The notes below the pieces were generated by a model, which saw only the letters and a list, made by a program, of their open reading frames with translations, had not been told where the DNA came from and made no database searches. Source: Malacoraja senta (lineage: Eukaryota). From it: a stretch of DNA of 64,000 bases. How positions within the stretch are numbered: the stretch's first letter is position 1; every line of letters begins with the position of its first letter. The position numbers were made by a program, and so were the translations under genes. The stretch covers positions 10,542,001-10,606,000 of the forward strand of contig CM075994.1 in the NCBI GenBank assembly GCA_038087875.1. Direction: 5' to 3'. This document shows positions 13,102-26,117 of this stretch, piece by piece.

Positions 13102-13416
13102 TCTATACTATTACTAAAACTCTCAACTTGGCCACTTCCTGTCTGCGTTGTAATTAAATTTGCGCAAAAACGACCCCCCAAGCGCTACGATTTTTCGCCA
13201 CCTTACTGGCCATTCTGCTCTGCTGCAAGTCAAATAAGTTTTGTTCCGATCGGTGAAATAGTACAAAAGTTATGAAGGTTTCCCCCCGCACCCCCTCCCC
13301 AGAGTGGTGGAGCATTGCGTTGGGGAATGGGTTGCGTTGGGGGGGGGGGGGGGGGACGACGACGACACACCAGGCCTCCCGTGTGACTGGGACCCAACGG
13401 GTCCCACTTAGTCTAG
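13102..13416 (+). mobile_element. Non-autonomous Helitron
   Basis: 5' TC (tctatactattact), subterminal hairpin tgggaccc-aac-gggtccca (13388-13406), 3' CTAG, inserted between A and T without TSD. Confidence 0.7.
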
Positions 13417-13465
13417 TTAGATAATAAAAATGGTATCAACACAGTATGAATGTAGGATGTACACC

Positions 13466-13855
13466 CCAAAGATCCTATAGCAAGATAGACCACTCCTTCT
13501 AAATGCAATGGGCTGACGTGTAGTACGCAACGGAGCGGAACGTGGGCCATTTTTTCATCCATTTCAGTAACCCAACCCGATCCGACTTGCAGTGTAATCA
13601 ACGTTGCGGGGGAACAGTTTGTGTTGATAAATTATAATTCTGAATATGAGAAGATTTTTTACCAAATAACTTTTATTTTTACGAGGATGTTTCCGTAACC
13701 GGCTTCCGTCTCCGCACTAGTATCCTACGGGGTCTTTGGTGCGGAGACGGAAGCCGGTTACGGAAATGGGGCCGAAAATTACCCATGAATCTGCCCATGA
13801 CCGTACTACGTCTTTTTCGTTAAGTGGACCATCTTGCTTGCTATAGGACCTTTGG
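13466..13855. mobile_element. MITE with ~30-bp imperfect TIRs (second copy, inverted, at ~23377-23771)
   Basis: ccaaagatcctatagcaagatagaccact ... agtggaccatcttgcttgctataggacctttgg; near-identical reverse-complement copy nested in the hAT element. Confidence 0.7.
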
Positions 13856-15093
13856 TGTGTGTGTGTGGGGGGGGGGTGCGGAGAAAAAAGGGAACTGGTG
13901 CGTGGGGGGGAATCTGTAACTTTGTAAGTGCCCTTTATGGGTGACTATATGCACACCATGGGAAGGTGTGCAAGCAATGAATTGCACTGTGACTTGTCAC
14001 ATGTGATAATAAAGTTTTCAAATTCAAAGAACTGCAGACGCTGGCTCACACCAAAGCTAGACGCAAAGTCTCGGCCCAAGACGTCACCCGTTCCTTCTCT
14101 CCGGAGATGCTGCCTGTCCCGCTGAATTACTCCAGCATTTTGTGCCTATCTTCGGTTTAAACCAGCATCTGCAGTTCCTTCCGACACATGATTACTAAGG
14201 AATCTGAAGGAGAGCTAGATAGGGCTCTTAAAGATAGCAGAGTCAGGAGATATGGGGAGAAGGCAGGAACGGGGTACTGATTGGGGATGATCACAGTGAA
14301 TGGCCGTGCTGAAAGGCCTACTCCTGCACCTATCGTCTATGATCTGATCTCCATCGTTCGCAGTCAGTGCATTTCAGGTCACAACAAATCACTTCCAAAA
14401 AAAAAATATCTATTCTCCCTGTTTCATTTTTTTCTAGTATATTCAACTGTTTCCTGCAACTATCGACATTAGACCAGGGACTGCACTTCTGAAGGGTCTC
14501 GACCCGAAACGTTGCCCATTTCCTCCGCTCCATAGATGCTGCCTCACCTGCTGAGTTTCTCCAGCATTGTTGTCTACCATCGCTCACTGTAAGGTGCTTT
14601 GAGACCTGCAGAGATCATGCAATGCTATTCAATTGCAAATCAAGCATTGCAGTCACGGAAATTCCCCACCCCCCCCCCACCCCGCATACACTCACACCAT
14701 TCAGCCCCATTTCATTTCAGCTCCAATCCTCCTTTGCTCCAAGAACAATCCCAAGAACATTTGCTGTACTCGAGCTGAACCCCTGTGCAACATCGATCTA
14801 GAATTAAACAGAATTCTAATGTTGTGAATGCTGAATTAAAAAAGTAGACAATATACCACCCCCCCTCCCACCCCCCATTTACAACGCCACCGCTAATTAA
14901 AATAAATAGCCCAAAAGTGCTATGTTAATACTTTTAGTGCCAAAATACTTTTCCATCAGAATGCAGATCAGCTGAAGTCTGTTCTTTGAAAGTACAACCT
15001 GCTTGTGTTTGGTTTATTGGTCAAATAAAACCGTGTCATTTTCTCAGCAACACACCTACATACATCGTTCCAATTCCAGAATTCAGAGCTTTA

Positions 15094-15808
15094 TGGGCCT
15101 GTCCCACTTAGGCGATTTTTCAGCGGACTTGCGGCGACTGTCTAGTTGCTGGCAGTCGCCTGGAAAAACGGGAACTGGAACGGCGACTGTCAGAGTGAAA
15201 CACACACACACACAAACACATCGCAAAGGCGGGGGCCAGGGCAAGCGGGGGGAGCGATGTCTAAAAAAAATTCCCACTGTGCAAAGTCAAGGTGATACAG
15301 ACACACACCGCGATGAACAGGAAGGTTGGCGCTGTAATTAAGACGGCTAAAGCAGTGTACGGTCAGTCCTTTAAAAGAGGGGGGAAGGAGTGGAGACGAC
15401 TTTTGAGAAGTCAGAGATACACGGCTGTGAAGCTCGGCGGACATTTAACATCACCGGTCGGTTCCTTGGTTCTGAAAAATACTGCTTACCTTCTTCCCCC
15501 CCCACCAATGAGCCAATGAAATTCACCGGTCAGCACTGGCTCCAACCTACGAGAACCTCCGACCTCCTGGCAGCCCACTAGGAATTCCTGGCAACCCACC
15601 TACGGCTCGAGAATTCTCGCTACTCTCCATGGCTGCTTCACTCTTGTCGCCGCTAATCTTTCAACATGTTAAAAAATTCGCGCCGATCATAATGAGGCCG
15701 CGACTAGTTCCCAGAACGTGGGAACTCCTCACGACTATGAAAGCGACTCCCCCGCGAACATGTAGCGACTGCAAAGTCTCCTGCAGTCGCCTAAGTGGGA
15801 CAGGCCCA
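15094..15808. mobile_element. PIF/Harbinger-type MITE
   Basis: Perfect 22-bp TIR tgggcctgtcccacttaggcga / tcgcctaagtgggacaggccca; TTA on both sides (15091-15093, 15809-15811). Confidence 0.8.
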
Positions 15809-16852
15809 TTAAGGCACCTCAATGAAATGGTTCAAGGACAATTAAATACTGGTCCACCACTGATTTTCCAGCAACTGGTGGTCTGGCACCTCCTTTAGTC
15901 CAGACACTCAGTTTAATTAAGAGCGCACTTGCCCCCCCCAACACACCGGAAGCCCCCCCGAAAATGTGGCACCCAGGCCAGGTGAGGCGGCTGATTTCGA
16001 CCACATCTGGACTTCCGCGGCCGATCAGCGGGTGGAATTTGCCGCCTGTAGCCGGGGCTCTGGAACTCTGGAGCCGAGGGGTGGTGGACCTGAACTACAT
16101 ATCTGTTCAGAAGTGAGAGACAACGCAATCTATCATGAAAAGATTTTGGATACGGAAGTCATAATCAGGAGAACAGACAACGCCAGCCTTATTTTCACTT
16201 TCTTATAAAACCAGGCCTGCGAATGTCCCAGTTATGTACGTCCCTGCCCAGGATAACGTATGTGAATTGAGCATGGTACATTCTGGGGGGGCTGTCAGCT
16301 CAATTACATACCACCTTCACCATGGATTGTTAAGAGTTTAGACACGCTAGAGGCAGGAAACATGTTCCCGATGTTGAGGGAGTCCAGAACCAGGGGCCAG
16401 TTTAAGAATAAGGGGTAAGCCATTTAGAACGGAGATGAGGAAACACTTTGTCTCACAGAGAGTTGTGATCTGTGGAATTCTCTGCCTCAGAGGGCAGGTG
16501 GAGGCCGGTTCTCTGGATACTTTCAAGAGAGAACTAGATGGGGCTCTGGAAGATAGTGGAGTCAGGGGATATGGGAAGAAGGCAGGAACGGGGTACTGAT
16601 TGGGGATGATCAGCCATGATCACATTGAATGGCGGTGCTGGCTCGAATGGCCTACTCCTGCACCTATTGTCATTTGGACACAATGAATGAGTTGTGCTCA
16701 TAGATTCAGTCTCCTGTATCTCCCTGTCTGCCCACCGAGGTCAGCACCCCCCCCCCCCCCCTCATTAAAATAAACTTTTCATCAAGATGACAATTTTCAC
16801 AAAGGAAAATACAGGAGGGACAGGGAGCGGGATTTACTGCCAGGACTAAAGC

Positions 16853-17495
16853 GCACACAGACACACACTCACCAGATACAGAGACACACACACACTCACC
16901 AGAGACACACACACACCAGATAGACACACACACACACAGACACAATAGCTATAGACACACACTCACCAGAGACACACACACCAGATATAGACACACACAC
17001 ACCAGAGACACACTCACCAGACATACACACCAGATATAGACACACAGACACAGACACAATAGCTATAGACACACACACACACACACACACACAATAGCTA
17101 TAGAGACACACTCACCAGAGACACACTCAACAGATATAGACACACACTCACCAGACACACACCAGATATAAAGACACTCACCAGATAGACACACACTCAC
17201 GAGATAGACACACACTCACCAGACACACACTCACCTGATAGAGACACACTCACCAAAGAAACACACTCACCAGAGACACACTCACCTGATAGACACTCAC
17301 CAGAGAAACACACTCACCAGAGACACACTCACCAGATAGACACACACACTCACCAAATATAGACACACACACACTCACCAGAGAGACAGACACAGATATA
17401 GAGAGAGACACACTAACCAGATAGAGACACACACTGACCAGAGAGACACACACACACTCAACCGAGAGACACACAGCCAGAGACACACACTCACC
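16853..17495. repeat. CA-rich degenerate minisatellite (cacactcaccagagaca)n
   Basis: Dozens of variant units visible directly. Confidence 0.9.
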
Positions 17496-18286
17496 ATTGT
17501 GTACAGATTTGGTCCCCTAATTTGATAGGACATTCTTGCTATTGAGGGACTGCAGCGTAGGTAGGTTCACGAGGTTAATTCCCGGGATGGAGGGACTGTC
17601 ATATGCTGAGAGAATGGAGCAGCTGGGCTTGTGTACTCTGGAGTTTAGAAGGATGAGAGGGAATCTTATTGAAACATATAAGATCATTAAGGGTTTGGAC
17701 ACATTAGAGGCAGGAAACATGTTTCTGATGTTGGGGGGAGTCCAGAACCAGGGACCATAGTTTAAGAATAAGTGGTCAGCCATTTAGAACAGAGATGAGA
17801 AAAAAACGTTTTCAGCCAGAGTTCTGAATCTGTGGAATTCTCTGCCTCAGAGGGCGGTGGAGGCCGGTTCTCTGGATGCTTTCAAGAGAGTTAGCGATAG
17901 CGGAGTTAAGGGATATCGAGAGAAGGCAGGAACGGGGTACAGATTGTGGATGATCAGCCATGATCACATTGAATGGCGGTGCTGGCTCGAAGGGCAGAAT
18001 GGCCTACTTCTGCACCTATTGTCTATTGGCTTTCCATGAGCAAGCAAACAAGCCAGTCGAGGAGCAAATGCAAAAAAATGGTTGTGAACTGTAATTAATG
18101 TAATTCCCTGCAAGCAAATCGAGTGCCCATTTTGCTAAAAAAAAAAAGCTGTGAAAATACAGGATGGATTAGAAACTGCACAACATAAACCGGGTTTCGG
18201 CCCGAAACGTTGCCTATTTCCTTCGCTCCATAGATGCTGCTGCACCCGCGGAGTTTCTCCAGCACTTGTGTCTACCAACATAAATA

Positions 18287-18486
18287 NNNNNNNNNNNNNN
18301 NNNNNNNNNNNNNNNNNNNNNNNNNNNNNNNNNNNNNNNNNNNNNNNNNNNNNNNNNNNNNNNNNNNNNNNNNNNNNNNNNNNNNNNNNNNNNNNNNNNN
18401 NNNNNNNNNNNNNNNNNNNNNNNNNNNNNNNNNNNNNNNNNNNNNNNNNNNNNNNNNNNNNNNNNNNNNNNNNNNNNNNNNNNNNN
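18287..18486. other. Assembly gap (200 N)
   Basis: Run of N. Confidence 1.
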
Positions 18487-19438
18487 TAGAGAAGAATCAG
18501 CAGATGTTTGAATCACCAGATCCTGCCAAGCACCAATTGCCATCAGGCATGGCTTTACCCAAGAGCCAAGCTGCCCATGCATATCTGCACTGGCAACATT
18601 TGCAGCACATGCAATCACGAAGAGAACGTTAGCAGTGTTTGGATCCAGTCTTCACATAAACCCACCAGACATCTGACATAAACCTACCAGACGACAATCG
18701 GCAAATACGAAACCCAAATGGATCTTCAACCCTTCACGATCAACAACACACGTGGAATTCATTGCCACAGACGGCTGTGGAGGCCAAGTCAACGGATATT
18801 TTAACGGCAGAGATAGATAGATTCTTGATTAGTACGGGTGTCAGGGGTTGTGGGGAGAAGGCAGGAGGATCTTATAGAAACATATAAAATTATAAAAGGA
18901 CTGGACAAGCTAGATGTAGGAAAACTGTTCCCAATGTTGGGCGGGTCCAGAACCAGGGCCACACAGTCTTAGAATAAAGGGGAGGCCATTTAAGACTGAG
19001 GTGAGAAAAAACTTTTTCACACAGAGAGTTGTGAATTTGTGGAATTCCCTGCCACAGAAAGCAACGGAGGCCAAATCACTGGATGGATTTAAGAGAGAGT
19101 TAGATAGAGCTCTAGGGGCTAGTGGAGTCAAGGGATATGGAGAGAAGGCAGGCACGGGTTATTGATTGGGGACGATCAGCCTTGATCACAATGAATGGCG
19201 GTGCTGGCTCGAAGGGCCGAATGGCCTCCTCCTGCACCTATTTTCTATGTACATGGTTAGGAATGAGAGATAGATCAGCATTGATTGAATAGGAATGGAT
19301 GATGGGCCGAATGGCCTAATTCTTCTCCTATCACCTATGAAGACGTATATGAATAAGACTATTGCAATTAGCTAAATTGTCAGATTGCAGCCAGATTAAT
19401 GCAACATCCATGGTTCTGTCCATTTAAGGAAACAATTA

Positions 19439-19883
19439 AGGGCCTGTCCCACTTGGGCCGTTATTTACGCGACAGGCCGGTAGTGACGGTCCCGCGAGAG
19501 TCGCGCGCGCCTTCATGCGTCTGCACAGCCATCTGGAGTGCATGACGTCATTTGAAGATAGACACAAAACGCTGGAGTAACTCAGCGGGACCGGCAGCAT
19601 CTCTGGAGAGAAGGAATGGATGATGTTTCGGGTCGAGACACTTCTTCAGTCTGAAACAAGGTCACCCATTGCTTCTCTCCAGAGATGCTGCCGGCCCCGC
19701 TGAGTTACTCCTGCATTTTGTGTCTATCTTCAAGTTTCTTGGCCCCGCTCTAGGAGTAGGAGTGGGGGCGGATCCGGATCCGCAACGGCCGTGAGTCCCA
19801 GGCCGAGCTCGGCGATCGTTTGCCTGCTTCTGCTGCTGTTGGAGGTGAGACGTTGCAAAAGACAGCCAAGTGGGACAGGCTCT
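19439..19883. mobile_element. PIF/Harbinger-type MITE containing an inverted pair of Penelope terminal repeats
   Basis: TIR agggcctgtcccacttgg / ccaagtgggacaggctct with TTA TSD; 19555-19733 is a head-to-head repeat pair. Confidence 0.75.
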
Positions 19884-20561
19884 TTAGTCCATAATGGCCT
19901 GAATTCAGCAAAAGTAACGCCTGCTCCCTCTTTCTGTTTAAAGATGTGTTCAGAACATTAATCTTGTGGCATGAAAATTGTCTCGGTAAACGGAAGAAAA
20001 GAAAGTTGCGGGCAATTTGATCTAGCCCGTTTCAGCCAAAGAAATTAAATTACTCAGATCTTCACAGGCATTTTTCAAAGCTTGAAGATCATGCTGATGT
20101 CTGAGGGTTGCCATACAGGCTTCGTCTGGGTGGATACAACCACAGAGGCAAATGTAGTTGAGTCCCCCTTTGGAGAAAACAAACTAAAATTGCAACATTT
20201 CAGGCCCAGGAAGGTTCGACTCAAAACGTCACCTGTCCGCCCACGTTCGCTGGGGATGCCGCCCGACCCGCCGAGTTATTCCAGCACTTGGTGCATTTTT
20301 GTTTCAATTCACTCGTCGGGTCCCGCTTGTCAGTGGCCATGACGTTGCCAGCACTTCTCCAGTTTAAACGCAAGGGCCCTTTTAAAGTGTGGAGTTCGCT
20401 GGAACCTCTGGAAGGAAATGGCGGATAAAGGGACTTTGCAGATCGCTGACGTTTTCACTCAAGCTGACAGAGCTTGAAGGCAAAGCCCGACCGGAAGGCG
20501 GCGAGCAGGTGGAGGGTGGGTGGGGGGATAATTTTGTCTTTTGGGGCAAGGCGGGTGGCCA

Positions 20562-20817
20562 TTACGTGCAGCCGCAGTGGAACTCCGCTGATGACTCCTT
20601 CATGGCAGAGTAGTTGCAACCGACACACTCCGTGTGATACCAGGCGTCACAATCGTCACACTGTACCCACTCCAGGGTGTCCTCCTGCGGCAGCTGGCAC
20701 TGCTCGGCGGCACACTGCTCGGCAGAGTACAGCATGCGGCTGAAGACCTGACAAGTCACCTTGGAGCCAAGGGGAACGCTGCCCAACGGGTGCTTCCGTG
20801 GTCGCCCTCGCTTCTTC
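20562..20817 (-). CDS. TCF19: Transcription factor 19, last exon (RGRPRK motif and PHD-like finger)
   Basis: tttcag acceptor, phase 2; KKRGRPRKHP...CAAEQCQLPQEDTLEWVQCDDCDAWYHTECVGC...FHCGCT* matches the TCF19 C-terminus ([33 protein letters not shown]). Confidence 0.93.
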
Positions 20818-21154
20818 CTGAAAGACAAAAGCCCACCAGAGTCAACAAACCCTCCTCGGTGCCGAGCAGTGATGATCAGCCAGGATCACAGTGAATGGCG
20901 GTGCTGGCTCCTGCACCTATTGAATATTGTCTAAAACATGTGAAAGATTGGGCTAATGTCAATAGTTGCAGGAAACAGAGTTGAACAAACTAGAAAAAAC
21001 GAAACAGGGAGATTAGATTTTATTTTCTATTTTTTAAGTTATTTGTTGTGACCTGAAATGCACTGACTGAGAACGATGGAGATCAGATTATAGACAATAG
21101 GTGGAGGAGGAGGCCATTCAGCCCTTCGAGCCAGCACCGCCATTCAATGTGATC

Positions 21155-21720
21155 AAGTCAAGTCACATTTATTTATATAGCACATTTAAAAAACAACTCT
21201 CGTTGGCCAAAGTGCTTTACATTTGTTATAAGAATAGTATAAACAAAACAAACTACATACATATATACATATAGCCCTCACTCAGAGGACGTCAGGAAAG
21301 GCTTGGGAGTATAGATAAGTCTTTAGTCTTGACTTAAAAGAGTCGATGGAGGGGGCAGTTCTGATGGGAAAGGGGATGCTGTTCCACAGTCTAGGAGCTG
21401 CAACCTCAAAGGCGCGGTCGCCCCTGAGCTTATGCCTAGACCGCGGGATATTCAGCAACCCCAAGTCGTTTAGTTGGAGGAAGTTCTGGGCCATCCAACA
21501 CTTTATATCCTCGAGGCAGTGGGTAAAGTTAAATAGATTTGATTGGTTTTTGGGCTTCAGGGGGAGATAGAGTTGTGTATCGTCTGCGTAGCAATGGAAG
21601 GAAATGCCGTGCCTTTCAATGACTTGGCCTAAGGGGAGCATATACAGGGGGAAGAGAATGGGGCCAAGGATGGAACCTTGTGGAATCCCACCGCAGAGAT
21701 TAGCTGGGGAGGAGAAAGAG
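21155..21720 (-). mobile_element. L2 LINE RT fragment, internally deleted
   Basis: GIPQGSILGPILF...HCYADDTQLY joined to GDRAFEVAAPRLWNS...FKSRLKTYL; tail with aataaa and (acttg). Confidence 0.8.
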
Positions 21721-21859
21721 TTGCTCATTCCCAATCATCCCGGTCTAAAGAAGGGTTTCGGCCCGAAACATCGCCTATTTCCTTCGCTCCATAGATGCTG
21801 CTGCACCCGCTGAGTTTCTCCAGCACTTTTGTCTATCCCCAATCAGTACCCCGATTTTA

Positions 21860-22340
21860 CATCTATTGCATCCGCTGCTCTAGGTGTCAGATGCTCTACA
21901 TCGATGAGACCAAACGTAGGCTTGGCGATCGCTTCGCTCAACACCTCCGCTCAGCTCGCATTATCCAACCCGATCTCCCGGACCCGGCACTTCAACTCCC
22001 CCTCCCATTCCGAATCCGACCTTTCTGTCCTGGCCTCCTCCGTGGCCAGAGTGAGGCCCACCGCAAATTGGAGGAGCGGCACCTCATATTTCGCTTGGGT
22101 AGTTTACACCCCAGCGGTATGAACATTGACTTCTCTAACTTCAAGAAGCCCTTGCTTTCTCTCTCTCTCCATCCCCTCCCCAGTTCTCCCACTAATCTTA
22201 CTGTCTCCGACTACATTCTATCTCTGTAGTCCTGCCCTGAATCAGTCTGAAGAAGGGTCTCGACCCAAAACGTCACCCATCCCTTCTCTCCAGAGATGCT
22301 GCCTGTCCCGCTGAGTTACTCCAACATTTTGTGTCCATGC
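21860..22340 (+). mobile_element. Penelope-like GIY-YIG fragment with terminal repeat
   Basis: IYCIRCSRCQMLYIDETKRRLGDRFAQHL...RLGSLHPSGMNIDF. Confidence 0.8.
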
Positions 22341-23005
22341 AGATAAGTGATAGGAGCAGAATTAGGCCATTCGGCCTATCCAGTCTCCTCCGCTATTCAA
22401 TCATTCCCAGCTCTCCCACAGCCTACCGTCTCCGTGTCTTCCTTACTTCCCCACCCCACATAAGTCTGAAGAAGGGTCACCTATTCCTTCACTCCGTAGA
22501 TGCTGCCTCACCCACTGAGTTCCTACAGCATTTATGTCTACCTTCAATTTTTCCAGCATCTGATTCTTTCTCACACAGCAATCTTTTACATGTAACCTTC
22601 CAAACTCCTTTACGCACCACAGGTAACGGACTTTACCCAAAGGCCAACCCAGCAAAAGGGAAGGAATGTAGAAACAAGGAACTACAGGTGCAGATCACAC
22701 ATAGACAGACAGACAGACACAAAATGCTGGAGTAATTCAGCGGGACAGGCAGCATTTCTGGACAGAAGGAATGGGTGACGTTTCGGGCCGAGACCCTTCT
22801 TCAGACTGGTCTGTCTGCCTGTTAGATGCTGCCTGTCCCGCTGAGTTCCTCCAGCATTTTGTGTCGATCTTCAACATAAACTAGCATCTGCAGTTCTTGT
22901 TTCACACATTGGATAACTAAGTGTTGCCCATTTGCTTGCAAATAGCTAATTTCCCTCTTAAATCTGAGAAACTAGGAACTAAAATGGAGAATTGAATGTT
23001 TGTAT

Positions 23006-23961
23006 CAAGGGTGGGGAACCTGCGGCCTTAAGCCTGCATGCGGCCTTCTAGGCCATTAAGTGCGACCTTTTGAATGAATCCAAATTTTGTGGAACAAATC
23101 CTTTTATTTTTATTAATATTTTTGTTCGTCTTTTATTATTTTTATTTTTATCTTAAAATGAACGTATTTAAAATACCAAAGAGTAAAAGAAGATTCAACG
23201 AAATAATCCTCCCCGACTGACGGCCACAATTAAAACATCAGTAAGTCATGAGGGATATTTTAAACATAAAACATCAGTAAGTCATGAGGGATATTTTAAA
23301 CACCTGTTAAACTCATGATTTAGTTCTAATGCGAATCTAGACTCTAGAAAGCAGTCACAACAAAGTCATTAAAAGCAAAGATCCGATAACAAGCAAGATA
23401 GATCACTCGACGAAAAAGATGTAGTACGGTCACGGGCAGATTCACGGGTAATTTTTGGCCCCATTTCCATAACCGGCTTCCGTCTCCGCACCAAAGATCC
23501 CAAAGCGGAGCAAAGATTCTAGTGCGAAGACGGATGCCGGTTACGGAAACATCCTCGTAAAAATAAAAGTTATTTGGGAAAAATCTTCTCCTCATTTTCA
23601 GAATTATAATTTATTAACACAAACTGTTCCCCCGCAACGCTGATTACACTGCGAGTCGGGTCGGGTTACTGAAATGGATGAAAAAAGGCCCACGTTCCGC
23701 TCCGTTGCGTACTACACGTCAGCCATTGCATTAGCAGGAGTGGTCTATCTTGCTCCGCTATAGGATCTTTGATTAAAAGGTTAGTTAACTTTAGAATTAA
23801 CAAACTTTTTTCATTTTCTTGAAGTTAGTACATGGTAGGTAGATTTTTACAAAATAATGTACATTTTGAAGGATATCTAATTGAAGTTTCTCGGATGCGG
23901 CCTTATTAGATTACAGCTAACTTAATGCTGCATTCCAACATGAAAAGGTTCCCCACCCCTG
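23006..23961. mobile_element. Non-autonomous hAT (Charlie-like) transposon with nested MITE
   Basis: 16-bp TIR caagggtggggaacct / aggttccccacccctg (1 mismatch); 8-bp TSD gtttgtat / gtttgtac. Confidence 0.8.
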
Positions 23962-24229
23962 GTTTGTACCATTGGCAACAAGCTGCCCAAGTAAAATAAG
24001 AGACGCCATGCCTGCATTTAGCCTATGGCTGCACTCTGGCAACAGAGGAGAGCCAGGGAGTGAGTGCCAGGGAGAAGAGTGCTGGCGACACACGTAATCA
24101 GCATGAAACTCGACACAAAACAAGGTATCAAGGTCAGTTTATTGTCACATGTACCAGTTAAGGTACAGTGAAATTCGAGTTACCATGACAAACCTGAAGA
24201 TTGAGGATATCTCCATTGCAAACGATTGC

Positions 24230-25015
24230 AGATGGCAGTGAGGAAAGCGAATGGCATGTTGGCCTTCATAACGGGAAGATTCGAGTATGGGAGCAAAGAG
24301 GTCCTTCTGCAGTTGTACAGGGCCCTAATGAGACCACACCTGGAGCATTGTGTGCAGTTTTGGTCTCCTAATTTGAGGAAGGACACTCTTGCTATTGAGT
24401 GAGTGCAGCCTAGGTTCACCAGGTTAATTCCCGGGATGGCGGGACTGTCATATGCTGAGCGAATGGAGCGGCTGGGCTTGTATACTCTGGAATTTAGAAG
24501 GATGAGGGGCATCTTATTGAAACATATAAGATCAGTGAGGGCTTGGACACGCTGGAGGCGGGAAACATGTTCCGATGTTGGGGGAGTCCAGAATCAGGGG
24601 CAACCAGTTTAAGAATAAGGGGTGAGGCATTTAGAACGGAGATGAGGAAACTTTTTCAAACAGAGTTGCGAGTCTGTGGAATTCTCTGCCTCAGAGGGCG
24701 GTGGAGGCAAGTTCTCTGGATGCTTTCAAGAGAAAGCCAGATAGGGCTCTTAAAGATAGCGGAGTCAGGGGATATGGGGAGAAGGCAGGAACGGGATACT
24801 GATTGGGGATGATCAGCCATGATCACATTGAATGGCGTTGCTGGCTCGAAAGGCCGAATGGTCTACTCCTGCACCTATTGTCTATTAATATGGGGAGAAG
24901 GCAGGAACGGGGTACTGATTGGGGATGATCAGCCATGATCAGATTGAATGGCGGTGCTGGCTCGTAAGGCCGAATGGCCTACTCCTGCACCTATTGTCTT
25001 TTCTCTATTGTCTAT
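24230..25015 (+). mobile_element. CR1 LINE 3' fragment with duplicated 3' tail
   Basis: RFTRLIPGMAGLSYAERMERLGL; 3' UTR repeated twice. Confidence 0.8.
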
Positions 25016-25176
25016 ACTTGATTGGTAAGGGTGTCGAAAGTTACAGGGCAAAGGCAGGAGAATGTTGAGAGGGAAAGAAAGATCAGCCATGAGTGAATGG
25101 CAGAGTAGACTTGGTGGGCCGAATGACCTAATGCTGCTCCTATCACTTATGAATGGCCTAATTCCGCTCCTATGAC

Positions 25177-25305
25177 TTCTTCTTCTTTAGTGTGGCGTGC
25201 ACAGCCTAAAGTTGTAGGACAACTTGTTCTATTTGATCTTCCGTTTGTGCACGTCGTGTTGATTGCATTAGTCGAAACAGGTGCAAGGTTGCAATTTTCC
25301 ACCCC
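25177..25305 (-). mobile_element. Short retroposon with (AAG)n tail and partly deleted HDV-like ribozyme head
   Basis: TSD gctcctatgac (25166-25176 / 25307-25317); homologous to 57684-57827. Confidence 0.7.
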
Positions 25306-25341
25306 TGCTCCTATGACATGATCATAAATGAATGGACTTAC

Positions 25342-26117
25342 CCAGTGGGGGTGAGGTGAGTATTATCCCTCGGGCTTCGGAGAATATGAGCACTGGGCTC
25401 CAGTTTGTGCTTCTGGACCGTTGGCTTTGGACCGGGCGGCGTCAGTGCCCGAACGCCCAGAGTTAATTGCCGTAGCAAATCTAGGTCGACGTCAGACTCA
25501 GACTTACAGTGCCGGCGGCTGGTGCCACTTTGCTGCACCTCGACGGAAAACCGCTGGATCTCCTCCTCCAGCTCGATGTCGGGGAGGACAGTGTGAACCG
25601 TCTTCCGCCGGTGTTTGGCCGCCGGCCGGGCCGGGGCCGGGGCGGTGGCGTCGGTGGCCATGGCGTCGCTCGGGCGCCGGCTGTCCAGGAGAAGCGTCGG
25701 AATTTGCCCGGGATCCCCTGGCGTCGCCGCTGCCCCCCCACTCCGACTGAAAGGGGGGCAGCTGTGACTTCAGCGTGCTGATGCTGCCGATGGAGTTGAG
25801 GATCAGCGTGGCCCGCGAAGCGGCCGGAGCCTCGGTGAAGCTGCGGATCCTGGCCCCCTGTGGAGAGATGCACTTGTCCGTGGAGCGGACGGGCCGGAAT
25901 CCGCACTGCTCCCGGACCTTGGGGAGCGTTATGGCGTCAAAGTCCGCCGGCCGCACGCGGACCTTTTGGAACAGGAAGTAGAACTCCGAGTCCTGCGGGC
26001 TTGCCAGACAACCCTCCGGGATGTTCACCGCATCCGGGTGGCCGAAGGTCACCGTGTCTCCATCCGCCACCTCCGTCCTTTGGCCTTTGGGTATGCGGAC
26101 ATCATTCACAAAAGTAC
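25342..26117 (-). CDS. TCF19: TCF19 middle exon (FHA C-terminal half and central region); apparent +1 frameshift near 25733-25758
   Basis: tag acceptor, phase 1; GTFVNDVRIPKGQRTEVADGDTVTFG...SEFYFLFQKVRVRPADFDAIT...ATLILNSIGSIS, then in another frame HRRKTVHTVLPD...LTPTG; donor gtaagt, phase 2. Confidence 0.92.

Noticed and set aside
12963..13181. Possible exon of an extra gene between POU5F1 and TCF19
   Set aside because: No recognisable homology, and it overlaps a Helitron-like insertion.
16706..17486. Cys/Val-rich ORFs
   Set aside because: Translations of the CA-rich minisatellite.
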